NCBI GenBank assembly: GCA_039621445.1
Contig: CP154954.1
Coordinates: forward strand, 15,890,140-15,954,139
From: Euglena gracilis
Taxonomy: Eukaryota
Direction: 5' to 3'
DNA length: 64,000 bases
Numbering within the stretch: position 1 is the first letter of the stretch; every line of letters starts with the position of its first letter. The notes under the pieces are model-generated. The model was not told the origin of the DNA. It did not search any database and saw nothing but the letters and a program-made list of their open reading frames with translations. A program made the translations under genes and the position numbers. Below, piece after piece: positions 53,004 through 64,000 of this stretch.

Positions 53004-54316
53004 TTGCCCGAAACAGGGCGCCGGGGGGGTGGAAACCCACTAATTTTTGGCTCAAAATACACCTTTTCCGGGTCTGGGGAGCCAAAAAAACAGCGCTTTG
53101 AGCGAAAAAAAATTTCGATTTTTTTCGTGTTTTTTGACCCGAAAATGACCAACAGTGGGTTGACGGCCCATGACGGGGCGCTGGCGGGTCGAAAAAACGC
53201 TCATTTTTCGGCCCAAAAAGCAGTTTTTCTGGGTCCAGGAGGCCAAAAAACATCGCTTCGAGCAAAAAAAATTTTCGATTTTTTTCGACTTTTTTGACCC
53301 GAAAATGACCAAAAATCAATGGGTTGGCGGCCCAAAACGGGGTGCTGGCGGGTCGAAAAACGCTCATTTTCGGCCCAAAAACAGTTTTTCTGGGTCCGGG
53401 AGGCCAAAAAAACAGCGTTTCGGGCCAAAATTATCACGGTCTACCCAGGAGGGGGGGGGGCGGGGGGGGGTTGGACCCCCTTTTCCCTGGTGCTAAGCTT
53501 CGCTCTTACTCTAAAGAGATAAGAGCTCAGCGACCAGGGTGTGACGTAGAGCTGAGCACTTTGGGAGACTACCCCGGCGTCCCAGCCCGGCCCGGCCCGG
53601 CCCGGCCCGGCCTGGCCCGGCTGCGGCCCTGTGGCCCGTCGATGCCCCGCCCAACCTGGCCAACGCCTCGGCGGCCCAGCCCGGGCTGGGGACGGGGGTT
53701 GTTTTTGAGCTCGTTTTCGGCTCAAAAACACCTTTTCCGGGTCCGGGAGGTCAAAAAACATGGTTTTGAACAAAAAAGATTTTTTCGAATTTTTCCAACT
53801 TTTTGACCCAAAATGGCCAAGTCCACCGGTCAACCCCCCCCCCCCCTAAACCTCATGATTGACCCCCTGGTTTGGGTCCCAATTCCTTGTCTAGTCCAAG
53901 ATGGCCAATTTATGGTTTCGGGCCCCAAAGAGGCCCGAAATGGCCAAAACTGGCAAAACCATAAAACAGCCGTATCTCGGGCTAGGCGAGGAGTTGGCCC
54001 AAACCGCAAATACCGGTGGATAGGGCGTCCCAAATTTAAGGAATGACGTCCTCTTTACTTTTTCTCAACTCCGCAGCGTTTTTGAAGTATTTTGAATTTT
54101 TCGATTTTCTGACCCAAAAATGACCCTGCAATTTCCCCGGAAAAAAAAGACGGTAGACAACTTTTTTGCTCGGGCATATCTCCGGACTGGCGTGGAGTTG
54201 GGGTAACCCAAGGGCTCTGGTGAAACTAGGGATCGTCCCCTAACCTATTGGCTATTCAATTTGGGGGCCAGGAAATCCAATCACATCGATAATCCTCGGG
54301 GGTCATTGCCTACCCA

Positions 54317-54362
<46 letters not shown>

Positions 54363-55557
54363 CGGACCCCCCCCCTCCGGCCCCGGTGGCAAGCTTCGCT
54401 CTTACTCTAAAGAGATAAGAGCTCAGCGGCCAGGGTGTGACGTAGAGCTGAGCTCTTTGGGAGACCACCCTGGCCCGGCACGGCCGGCGGCTCGGCGGCC
54501 CAACCCAGGGATACGGGGTTGAAAAACACTCATTTTCGGGTCAAAAACACCCTTTCCTGGGTCTGGGAGGCAAAAACACGTGGTTTTGGGTAAAAAAAAA
54601 TTTCGATTTTTTTTGACTTTTTTGACCGGAAAATGACCCAAAGTCCAAAGGATTCGGGCCAAAAACGGGGTGCTGGCGGGTCGAGTGGCGCTCATTTTCG
54701 GCTCAAAAACACTTTTTCTGGGTCCGGGAGGCCAAAAAACATAATTTCGGGCAAAATTTTTTTTGATTTTTTTCGACCTTTTTGACCCGGTTTTGACCCA
54801 AAGTCCTTAAGATTTGGGCCCAAACCGGGGCTGGCGGGTCAAAAAAAGCTCATTTTTTGGCTCAAAAACAGTTTTTCCGGGTCCGGGAGGCCAAAAAACA
54901 TGGTTTTGGGCGAAAAAAATCTTTCGATTTTTTTCGACTTTTTTTGGCCGAAAACGGCTAAGTGGGGATTGCAGGTCATTTTGGGGTCAAAAAATCGAAA
55001 AATTCAAAATGTCTCGAAAACGCTGCGGAGTTGAAAAAAAGTAAAGAGGACCGCCTTCCACAACGCCCGATCGATCGGTATGCGCGGTTTGGGCCAACTC
55101 CTCGCCTAGCCCGAGATACGGTCGTTTTGTGGTTTTGGGCCAGTTTTGCCAGTTTTGGCCATTTCGGGCCTGTTCCAGGCCCGAAACCGTAAATTGGCCG
55201 TATCTCGGGCTAGACGAGGAGTTGGGACCCAAACCAGGGGGTCAATCATGAGGTTTGGGGGGGGGGGTTGACCGTTTTTTGAGGTTCCCGGGGTCTGGTT
55301 GTGCGATTTTGGGCCAGTTTTGGGTACCATGGGACCCCTGGAGGGGGGGGGGGGGGCTGGGGGAGGGGGGGGATGGCAGGCAGGTTGGGAACCCAAAATT
55401 TGGAAAAAAATTTTTTCCCTCCAAAAAACACTTTTTTTCACTTGTTTTAAAACATCAAAAAAAAGTGGTTCGAGCCACAAAAAAAAATTTAAAAACCGAC
55501 CCGGACAAAACCCAAGCGGCCATGAGCTAACAAACACCCCAACCCACCCACCACCCC

Positions 55558-55591
<34 letters not shown>

Positions 55592-58500
55592 CCGGTGGAC
55601 GTAGCCATTTTTTGGGTCAAAAAGTCGAAAAAATTCGAAAAAAAAATTTGCCCAAAACCATGTTTTTTGACCTCCTGGACCCGAAAAAAGTGTTTTCGAG
55701 CCGAAAATGAGCGTTTTTGGACCCCCGGCCTCCGTTTTGGGCCCGAAACCAATGGACGTTGGATCATTTTCATGTCAAAAAAGGAAAATTTCAGGGTCAT
55801 TTTGGGGTCAAAAAAATCGAAAAATTCAAAATATCTCGAAGACGCGGAGTTGAGATAAAATAAAGAGGAACTCATTCCACAACTTTGGGACGCCCGTTCG
55901 ATCGGTATGCACGGTTTGGGCCAACTCCTCGCCTAGCCCGAGTTACGCCCGTTTTGTGGTTTTGGGCCAGTTTTGCCAGTTTTGGCCATTTCGGGCCCGT
56001 TCGGGGCCCGAAACCGTAAATTGGCTATATCTCGGACTGGACGAGGAGTTGGGACCCAAACCAGGGGGTCAATCCTCAGGTTTAGGGGGGGGGGGTTTAA
56101 CCGTTTTTTGAGGTTCCCGGGGTCTGGTTGTGCGATTTTGGGCCATTTTTGGGTATTCGGGGACCCCTGCGGGGGGTCCGAGGGCGGATGGGCTTGGGAG
56201 GTCGGGAGGCAGGTCGGGACCTAAAAAAAAAAATTTTTTTGCTCACTTTTTTTCACTTCACAACATCAAAAAAAGTGTGTTTGAGCAAAAAAAAATTCCG
56301 ACTCGGACTGCCCCCCACATGCCCCCCCCCCCCCCTGGCTGGGGCCCGCCCCGCTGGCCGGTGGTGCATTAAGCCATTTTTGGGTCAAAAAGTCGGAAAA
56401 ATTCGAAAAAAAATTGCCCAAAACCATGTTTTTTGACCTCTCGGACCCGAAAAAAGTGTTTTCGAGCCAAAAATGAGTGTTTTTCGACCCTCCAGCGCCC
56501 CGTTTTGGGCCGCCAACCCATTGACTTTGGGTCAAAACTGGGCCAAAAAAAGTTGGGAAAAATCGAAAAAACCTTTTTTGCCCAAAACCACGTGTTTTTG
56601 CCTCCCAGACCCGGAAAAACTGTTTTTGACCCAAAAATGACCCTGCAATTTCCCCAGAAAAAAAAGACGGTAGACAACTTTTTTGCTCGGGCATATCTCC
56701 GGACTGGCGTGGAGTTGGGGTAACCCAAGGGCTCTGGAGAAACTAGGGATCGTCCCCTAACCTATTGGCTATTCACTTTGGGGGCCAGGAAATCCAATCA
56801 CATCGATAATCCTCGGGGGTCCTTGCCTACCCAGGGAGGGGGGGGGCGGACCCCCCCCCCCCTCCGGCCCCGGTGGTAAGCTTCGCTCTTACTCTAAAGA
56901 GATAAGAGCTCAGCGGCCAGGGTGTGACGTAGAGCTGAGCTCTTTGGGAGACCACCCTGGCCCGGCCCGGCCCGGCCCGGCCGGCGGCTCGGCGGCCCAA
57001 CCCAGGGATACGGGGTTGAAAAACACTCATTTTCGGGTCAAAAACACCCTTTCCTGGATCTGGGAGGCAAAAACACGTGGTTTTGGGTAAAAAAAATTTC
57101 GATTTTTTTTGGACTTTTTTGACCGGAAAATGACCCAAAGTCCAAAGGATTCGGGCCAAAAACGGGGTGCTGGCGGGTCGAGTGGCGCTCATTTTCGGCT
57201 CAAAACACTTTTTCTGGGTCCGGGAGGCCAAAAAACATCATTTCGGGCAAAATTTTTTTTGATTTTTTTCGACCTTTTTGACCCGGTTTTGACCCAAAGT
57301 CCTTAAGATTTGGGCCCAAACCGGGGCTGGCGGGTCAAAAAAAGCTCATTTTTTGGCTCAAAAACAGTTTTTCCGGGTCCGGGAGGCCAAAAAAACATGG
57401 TTTTGGGCGAAAAAAATTTTTCAATTTTTTTCGACTTTTTTTGGCCGAAAACGGCTAAGTGGGGATTGCAGGTCATTTTGGGGTCAAAAAATCGAAAAAT
57501 TCAAAATGTCTCGAAAACGCTGCGGAGTTGAAAAAAAGTAAAGAGGACCGCCTTCCACAACGCCCGATCGATCGGTATGCGCGGTTTGGGCCAACTCCTC
57601 GCCTAGCCCGAGATACGATCGTTTGTGGTTTTGGGCCAGTTTTGCCAGTTTTGGCCATTTCGGGCCTGTTCCAGGCCCGAAACCGTAAATTGGCCGTATC
57701 TCGGGCTAGACGAGGAGTTGGGACCCAAACCAGGGGGTCAATCATGAGGTTTGGGGGGGGTTGACCGTTTTTTGAGGTTCCCGGGGTCTGGTTGTGCGAT
57801 TTTGGGCCAGTTTTGGGTACCCGGGGACCCCTGCGGGGGGGGGGGGGGTGGAGGGCGGCTGGGGGAGGGGGGGGCGGCAGGCAGGTTGGGACCCAAAATT
57901 TTGAAATTTTTTTTTCGCTCAAAAACACTTTTTTTCACTTTAGAACATCAAAAAAAGTGTTTTCGAGCCAAAAAAAATTAAACTGACCCGGACCCCCCCC
58001 CCCGGCTGCCCCCCCCCCCCCCCCCCCCCCCCCCGGCCGGTGGACTGAGCCATTTTTTTGGGTCAAAAAGTCGAAAAAATTCAAAAAAAAGTTTTCCAAA
58101 ACCATGTTTTTTGACCTCCCGCACCCGAAAAAAGTGTTTTCGAGCCGCAAATGAGCGTTTTTGGACCCCCAGACCCCCGTTTTAGGCCCGAAACCAATGG
58201 ATTTTGGGTCATTTTCGGGTCAAAAAAGGAAAATTTCAGGGTCATTTTGGAGTCAACAAAATCGAAAAATTCAAAATATCTCGAAGACGCGGAGTTGAGA
58301 TAAAATAAAGAGGAACTCATTCCACAACTTTGGGACGCCCGTTCGATCGGTATGCACGGTTTGGGCCAACTCCTCGCCTAGCCCGAGTTACGCCCGTTTT
58401 GTGGTTTTGGGCCAGTTTTGCCAGTTTTGGCCATTTCGGGCCCGTTCGGGCGCCGAAACCGTAAATTGGCTATATCTCGGACTGGACGAGGAGTTGGGAC

Positions 58501-59503
58501 CCAAACCAGGGGGTCAATCCTGAGGTTTAGGGGGGGGGGGAACCGGTTTTTGAGGTTCCCGGGGTCTGGTTGTGCGATTTTGGGCCATTTGGGTATTCGG
58601 GGACCCCTGCGGGGGGCCGAGGGCGGATGGGCTTGGGAGGTCGGAGGGCAGGTCGGGACCCAAAATTTTAAAAAATTTTTTTGCTCAAAAACACTTTTTT
58701 TTCACTTCACACATCAAAAGTGTGTTTGAGCAAAAAAAATTCCGACCCGGACTGCCCCCCCCCATGCCCCCCCCATGCCCCCCCCCCCCCCCCCCCGGGC
58801 TGGGGCCCACCCCGCTGGCCGGTGGTTGCATTTAGCCATTTTTGGGTCAAAAAGTTGACTTTGGGTCAAAACTGGGCCAAAAAAACGTTGGGAAAAATCG
58901 AAAAAACCTTTTTTTTTGCCCAAAACCACGTGTTTTGACCCGGAAAACTGTTTTTGACCCAAAGACCCTGCAATTTCCCCAGAAAAAAAGACGGTAGACA
59001 ACTTTTGGGGGCATATCTCCGGACTGGCGTGGAGTTGGGGTAACCCAAGGGCTCTGGAGAAACTAGGGATCGTCCCCTAACCTATTGGCTATTCACTTTG
59101 GGCCAGGAAATCCAATCACATCGATAATCCTCGGGGTCTTGCCTACCCAGGGAGGGTGGGGCGGGGGGCGGGGGGGGGCGGTGGGGGGGTCGGACCCCCC
59201 CCTCCGGCCCCGGTGGTAAGCTTCGCTCTTACTCTAAAGAGATAAGAGCTCAGCGGCCAGGGTGTGACGTAGAGCTGAGCTCTTTGTGAGACCACCCTGT
59301 CCCGGCCCGGCGCGGCCCGGCCCGGCCCGGCCGGCGGCTCGGCGGCCCAACCCAGGCCGGGGACGGGGTGGAAAAACACTCATTTTCGGGTCAAAAACAC
59401 CCTTTCCTGGGTCTGGGAGGCAAAAACACGTGGTTTTGGGTAAAAAAAATTCGATTTTTTTTGACTTTTTTGACCGGAAAATGACCCAAAGTCCAAAGGA
59501 TTC
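53004..59503. repeat. Head-to-tail array of complex TIR-less units
   Basis: Units begin CTACCCAGG at ~53441, 54310, 56827 and 59143. Conserved AAGCTTCGCTCTTACTCTAAAGAG block (4 copies) and ~190-bp end block (3 copies). Confidence 0.9.
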
Positions 59504-59504
59504 T

Positions 59505-62500
59505 GACAATTCATTGGGGGGTCAATGTCCCCGAGGAGTTGCGGAGGTCCCCAGAAACAACCTCACATTAATTTCTCCCCGGACACTATCCGCACATGCC
59601 TGGGGGGGACGACCGATCCACCTTCTCCTTTCCTCCCAAAAAAAACTGACCTGCTGATTTTGCAAAATTCTGAAGAGGCATACCCCCCCTTCAATTTGCG
59701 ACGGACACAAACCCAAGGTATGTCAAGGCCCTACTACTACCGATACTAAATGCCTGACTTTGCTGCGGTGGCCTGACTACCGTGTCGACATAGTGGTGCC
59801 CTGATTCACATTGGTGTGAAATAACAAGTGTGGCCCACACTGTCCATCGGCTGGGGAGAGGCCAATGGCAAGTAATCGCAGAAGGGAGCCAACATTGCTG
59901 CCCAGAATCCCCGGAAAGGGAAATTTCCCCTGCGGATTCGAGGAGTGGCTGGGGTTCTCAGCAAGACGGGCTGTCCTGGCACGGTGGACAGGCCACGCGT
60001 GGCACAGGGCGGGGCGCTAATGGGTCAAAAAAAAAGCCAATACTGGGGGGGGGCAAGAGAGACAGAACCACATGGGTTGGCACAGTGGCAGCACAGGGTT
60101 GGCTTGTCTCATATTCATATGCAAAATTTGCAATTTGCCACCCCGGTGCCTGTGCATTGCCTTTCAGGGTTTCTCCTGTTTCCGTGCTGGCCGAGGCCAA
60201 AATGTATCCGTGATTTTCAGTGATTTTCCGTGAATTTCCTTTTTTTTATTTTTTTTTAAAAAGTCAAAAATCATATTCCATATCAAATCATATCCCTCTG
60301 CCTCATCCGTGAATATCCGTGAATTTTTGCGATTGCTGTAAAAATGGTCTCCCGCCTTTTTCCGTGATCCTCCATGAATTTCAATTAATTTCCTTTTCAG
60401 GAAGTGGAAGGATCCCTGTGCTATTACGCCGTTGAAAAACGATTCTCTTCGTTTCACATCATCACCAAGAAGGAAAAATTACTTTTCCAATTACAAATAA
60501 ATCACATCACCAGAAAACTTAAAAAAGCATGGGGGTAGGTCGGTGCGAAAAAGAATTAGCCTCCTCCAAAAAAACTGGTGACTTAATCCTGAGGACATTC
60601 GGAGGAATCGTTTCTGATTGAAGCGAGCAATGCTTCTGCTTGAGCAGTGTTCAGTGGTGGTCCTGCCCACCCCGGCATGCCAACTGTAGGTTGCATGCTG
60701 GTCCGCCTGTATGGAGGCAAAAAAAGAACAGCGCACGAACGTAGAAATTGAACATCACAAGTATTAGCAAAACCTTTTTCAAAATTGCTGAAGAGTTGGG
60801 GAAAGACTTCAGAACGGGTGGCTGATGTTTCTTTGGGTGAACATCTGGAAAAGAATTTTGATTTTCGCCGAAATAATGGTGACACCACTTTTCAAAATAC
60901 ATTGTTCAGAGTTTCATCAGAGAATGCATCGTCCATTCATTACAATACATCGTCCAGAATCAAATATTTCATATCTGAAGAATTAAAGCAGACAACAAAA
61001 CGTCATTCCTTTCCCCGTCCAGCCTCACCCCTGTGACTCTCCAGTCCACAAGGGGACAGTTGGTGCAGCAAAAGTATTGAAACCACCGCGGGTGCCATTC
61101 ACACAAGGGGGGGAATTTCGGACCAGGAAACAGCATTTTGCAATCCAGCGAAGCAACCCTGGCATCTTCTCTCTCTGCCTGTGGTGTGAGTTGACCGAGT
61201 CAAAATTGGCCAAGGGGCCAAACGGTGCGACTGTGTGTGTGGTGACTGCAGGCGAGAGGGCTGCGAAGTGTCCGCTAGGCAGGAACCCCGCGCCAGTTAA
61301 TCCTAACCAGGCCACTGAAGCCTGGGTTTGGCTGCGCAGGGCAGGCTCCACACCGTAGGGCAGGGAGGTGCTTGACCCGGGTTTGGGGGGGAGGGGGTGG
61401 TGTTGAGTGCCAGGCAATCCGACCTGAACCTGGAGCAGAGGTTTTTTTAAGACCGGGGGGAGGGGGGGTCCCCCCCGCCCACCCACCCACCTGGCCACCC
61501 GGGGGGGGGGGGGGGTTCCGGAGCCACTCAAAAATGGGGAAATTCCAAAAATAGCACCTTTTCAAAAACTCTCGGCGCCTTCGGCACCGAAAAGTATATC
61601 CCACTCCCCCCTAGGGGCCCGGGGGGGGGGGGGCTCAGCCGGACCCACCCCCCCCAACCCCCCCCCCGGGGCCACGACTAAAAAAAACCCCTGACCTGGA
61701 GGAAGTTGGAAGTTCAGTGCCAAAATGTGCACATTTTCTGAGTGGTGCTGTAGCAAACCCGTCAGTGTGCCTAATGTGGTGCCCAGGAGCCTGATTCTCA
61801 CAAACCAAGGGGTGGGGAGCGGAGTTCTGGGTGCTGTCCAGGGAGGCCCCCCCCCCCCCCGGTTGCAGCTTCTCCCCCTTGAACTTGACACGCCAAAATA
61901 CGGGTGAAATGCGGCCAATAAGGCGCCAGTGTATGAATGTTGCGCCTTAATATCGAGCCTGATAATAAATTTGGCTGGAGGAACATCTAGTTGTCCAGAT
62001 TTTCAGCAGTCATTTTTCTGCCTCACGTCAATGTCCTGACGTGTTTCAGTTCGAACGAAAACAATGGATAAAAAAAAATCCCCAAAACAGAAACCACCAC
62101 TTCAGCACAGGGGAAAGAACAATGGGATAAAAAATATTCCTGCAGACAGAAGCCACCACTTCAGCATGAGAGAGGGTGACGAACGAGTCAGTCGCTCAGA
62201 GATTTTAAAAAAAAAGCATCACATCGTTTCAGCCACCTCCCTCACATGAAAATAACCCGTTTGGAAAATACACTCTGGGGTGGGTCACCTCGCAGACAGC
62301 CTGAGGAAGCCTCAGCAAGCTGGAAAGCGTTGGGAGAGGATATCCCACCATCCTTTCCTGCCCCTTGGTTCCATCTTTACCCAGCCTCCCCACTCCGGAA
62401 ACTGTCCCCAGACAAATCAGCAAGCACCGATGTAGGAGGCAGGCCAGCAAGTACGGAGAGGGGGGGTGGGGCTGGGTGACAGGGAAAAAAGTCAAAAAAA

Positions 62501-64000
62501 ATTCGACCGCCGGCAGACAGAAAATCCGACAACACAATTTTTCGCAAGTTTGGGATAAGCTTGAAAGCAATGTTCGGAGTTTTTTTCAACTCAGGAATCT
62601 GCTTCTTCAAGAAAAAAGTGAAAAATTTCAAACAATCGTTGGGAGACAAGATGCGGGGAGAGAGGAGGACAGGTGCCCCCAATGAAGACAGGTTGGCGAA
62701 TATGGAGGGAAGAGAACAGGCTCCCTGGGGGGATTCCAACCTCAGAGTTTTTCAAAGGAACTTCATTGAATTTTAACCTCGACATGTTGGCCAGTACCTG
62801 GGGACCTGGCAGTTTCGCTGGTGGGCTGCTGACAGGTTCTCGGTCATGACAGCTTACTGAGAGGGGGGTGACGGCCAATTCTTCGACCCATTTCTGGAAA
62901 CGTCTTTCTGCAACCAAAGCTCCAAAACTTTGGAAATTCTGCATCATGCCCTTGCTCCAACTTTACACCTTCCACCCAGAATGGGTTGGAAAAGAAACCT
63001 CACGGACATTTTTTTCCAACCTCTGCAAACCGCCGCTAATCAGACCACCACCGCCACCCCCATTTCCAAGTCAGGTCTGGTTGCAAGGAAGGAGAGCGCT
63101 CAAAAGGCATGCTAGGTTGCCCACCAATCGCACTCTGTTCTCTGGGAGAGAAAACATATAACAGGGCCATGACAGGCATGCATGTGAATGAGCCGCGCGT
63201 CGGAGAGGGGTTGGACATTGCACAGCAGCTCTCCACTGGACCAGGCGTAAGCTACATCCCCACAGGGAAAAATTAGGGGGAAAGATGGGAAATAATTCCA
63301 AGCTTCTTTTTACCAAACTCTGGGGGAGGGGATGCCTAGCAGGCTTCAGTTTACCAACTCTGGGGGAGGGGGGGGGTTCGTCCTGTAATAAAAAAAAAGC
63401 GCTTACCTGTACCGGTGGTGCAAGCTTCCTTCAGAAACCTTGGAAGGGTCATTCGTCAGTGAAGAGGCAATACACAACACAGCAACAGAAAATAGACGCC
63501 GACACACCAGCGTTGAGGCAGAAGTTGACGCCATCCCAACTCAAGCAAGGTCAGGTATTTTGATATGTCTACATTATACTGCTGCTCCGACAGCGCCTGG
63601 GTTAAGTAGTTCTGCAATAAAATTGGCTAGGTGGTATGACCTCCAGGGGGCTGGGAGCCATGGCAGGAGGTGGGCGATTTTGACGGTGTCACAATTTGGA
63701 CCTTACACTGGCATGGATTCTGTGTCTGTTGCAGGAGGATCAAAAGAGCTCATGCATAGTGTGTGGATGAAGAGCAAGAAAAAAAAACTTTCTGTTTCAT
63801 TGGCCTCACAATTACGGGATGCGATCAGAACAGTGACGGGTTTCTTCTTCCGCTAAAAGCCGGGTTGAACAGACTGACTATTCATTTGCAACTCAACCAC
63901 TGCGGAAATGCGGCACGACTCACCTGGTGCCACGTCCAATTTTGACGGCAAACCATCCGGCACCCTTTGAAACCTGGCACGTGTACTCCACCACAATTCT
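59505..64000 (-). pseudogene. Degenerate multi-exon element, copy B (runs off the window end)
   Basis: Clearly alignable to 43720-48980 throughout, differing by insertions and one inversion. Confidence 0.65.
61436..61693. mobile_element. hAT-like MITE (CAG...CTG, 8-bp TSD)
   Basis: CAGAGGTTTTTTTA / TAAAAAAAACCCCTG. Perfect TSD ACCTGGAG at 61428-61435 and 61694-61701. Absent from copy A at ~46494. Confidence 0.92.

Noticed and set aside
54140-54310. rRNA, snRNA or SL-RNA gene in the array end block
   Set aside because: No recognisable 5S, U snRNA, tRNA or spliced-leader motif on either strand by eye.

Overview
Repeat-dense eukaryotic genomic DNA with no intact protein-coding gene that I can support. 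Most long ORFs in the track are microsatellite or GC-rich artefacts. The window is a nest of mobile elements: (i) two recent duplications (1-1900 vs 18590-20508; ~43720-48980 vs ~59505-64000, plus an older third copy at ~10.3-15.4 kb) carrying degenerate, GT-AG-spliced minus-strand coding remnants; (ii) a degenerate Penelope-like reverse transcriptase (22025-22770) followed by VPVP-rich, articulin-like tracts; (iii) several CAG...CTG-ended elements with 8-bp target-site duplications (hAT-like); (iv) several TA-targeting MITE families; (v) a 2.6-kb CTTAG...CTAAG TIR element with a 5-bp TSD, studded with TTGCGC-N4-GCGCAA palindromes; (vi) a Helentron/HINE-like element; (vii) a 6.5-kb head-to-tail array of TIR-less, hairpin-bearing units. 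A euglenid host is my inference from composition, VPVP tracts and element style, and is not proven. The most interesting observation is that the CAG...CTG/8-bp-TSD geometry reproduces the spacing of the euglenid non-conventional intron signal. All comparisons were made by eye and no database searches were run.
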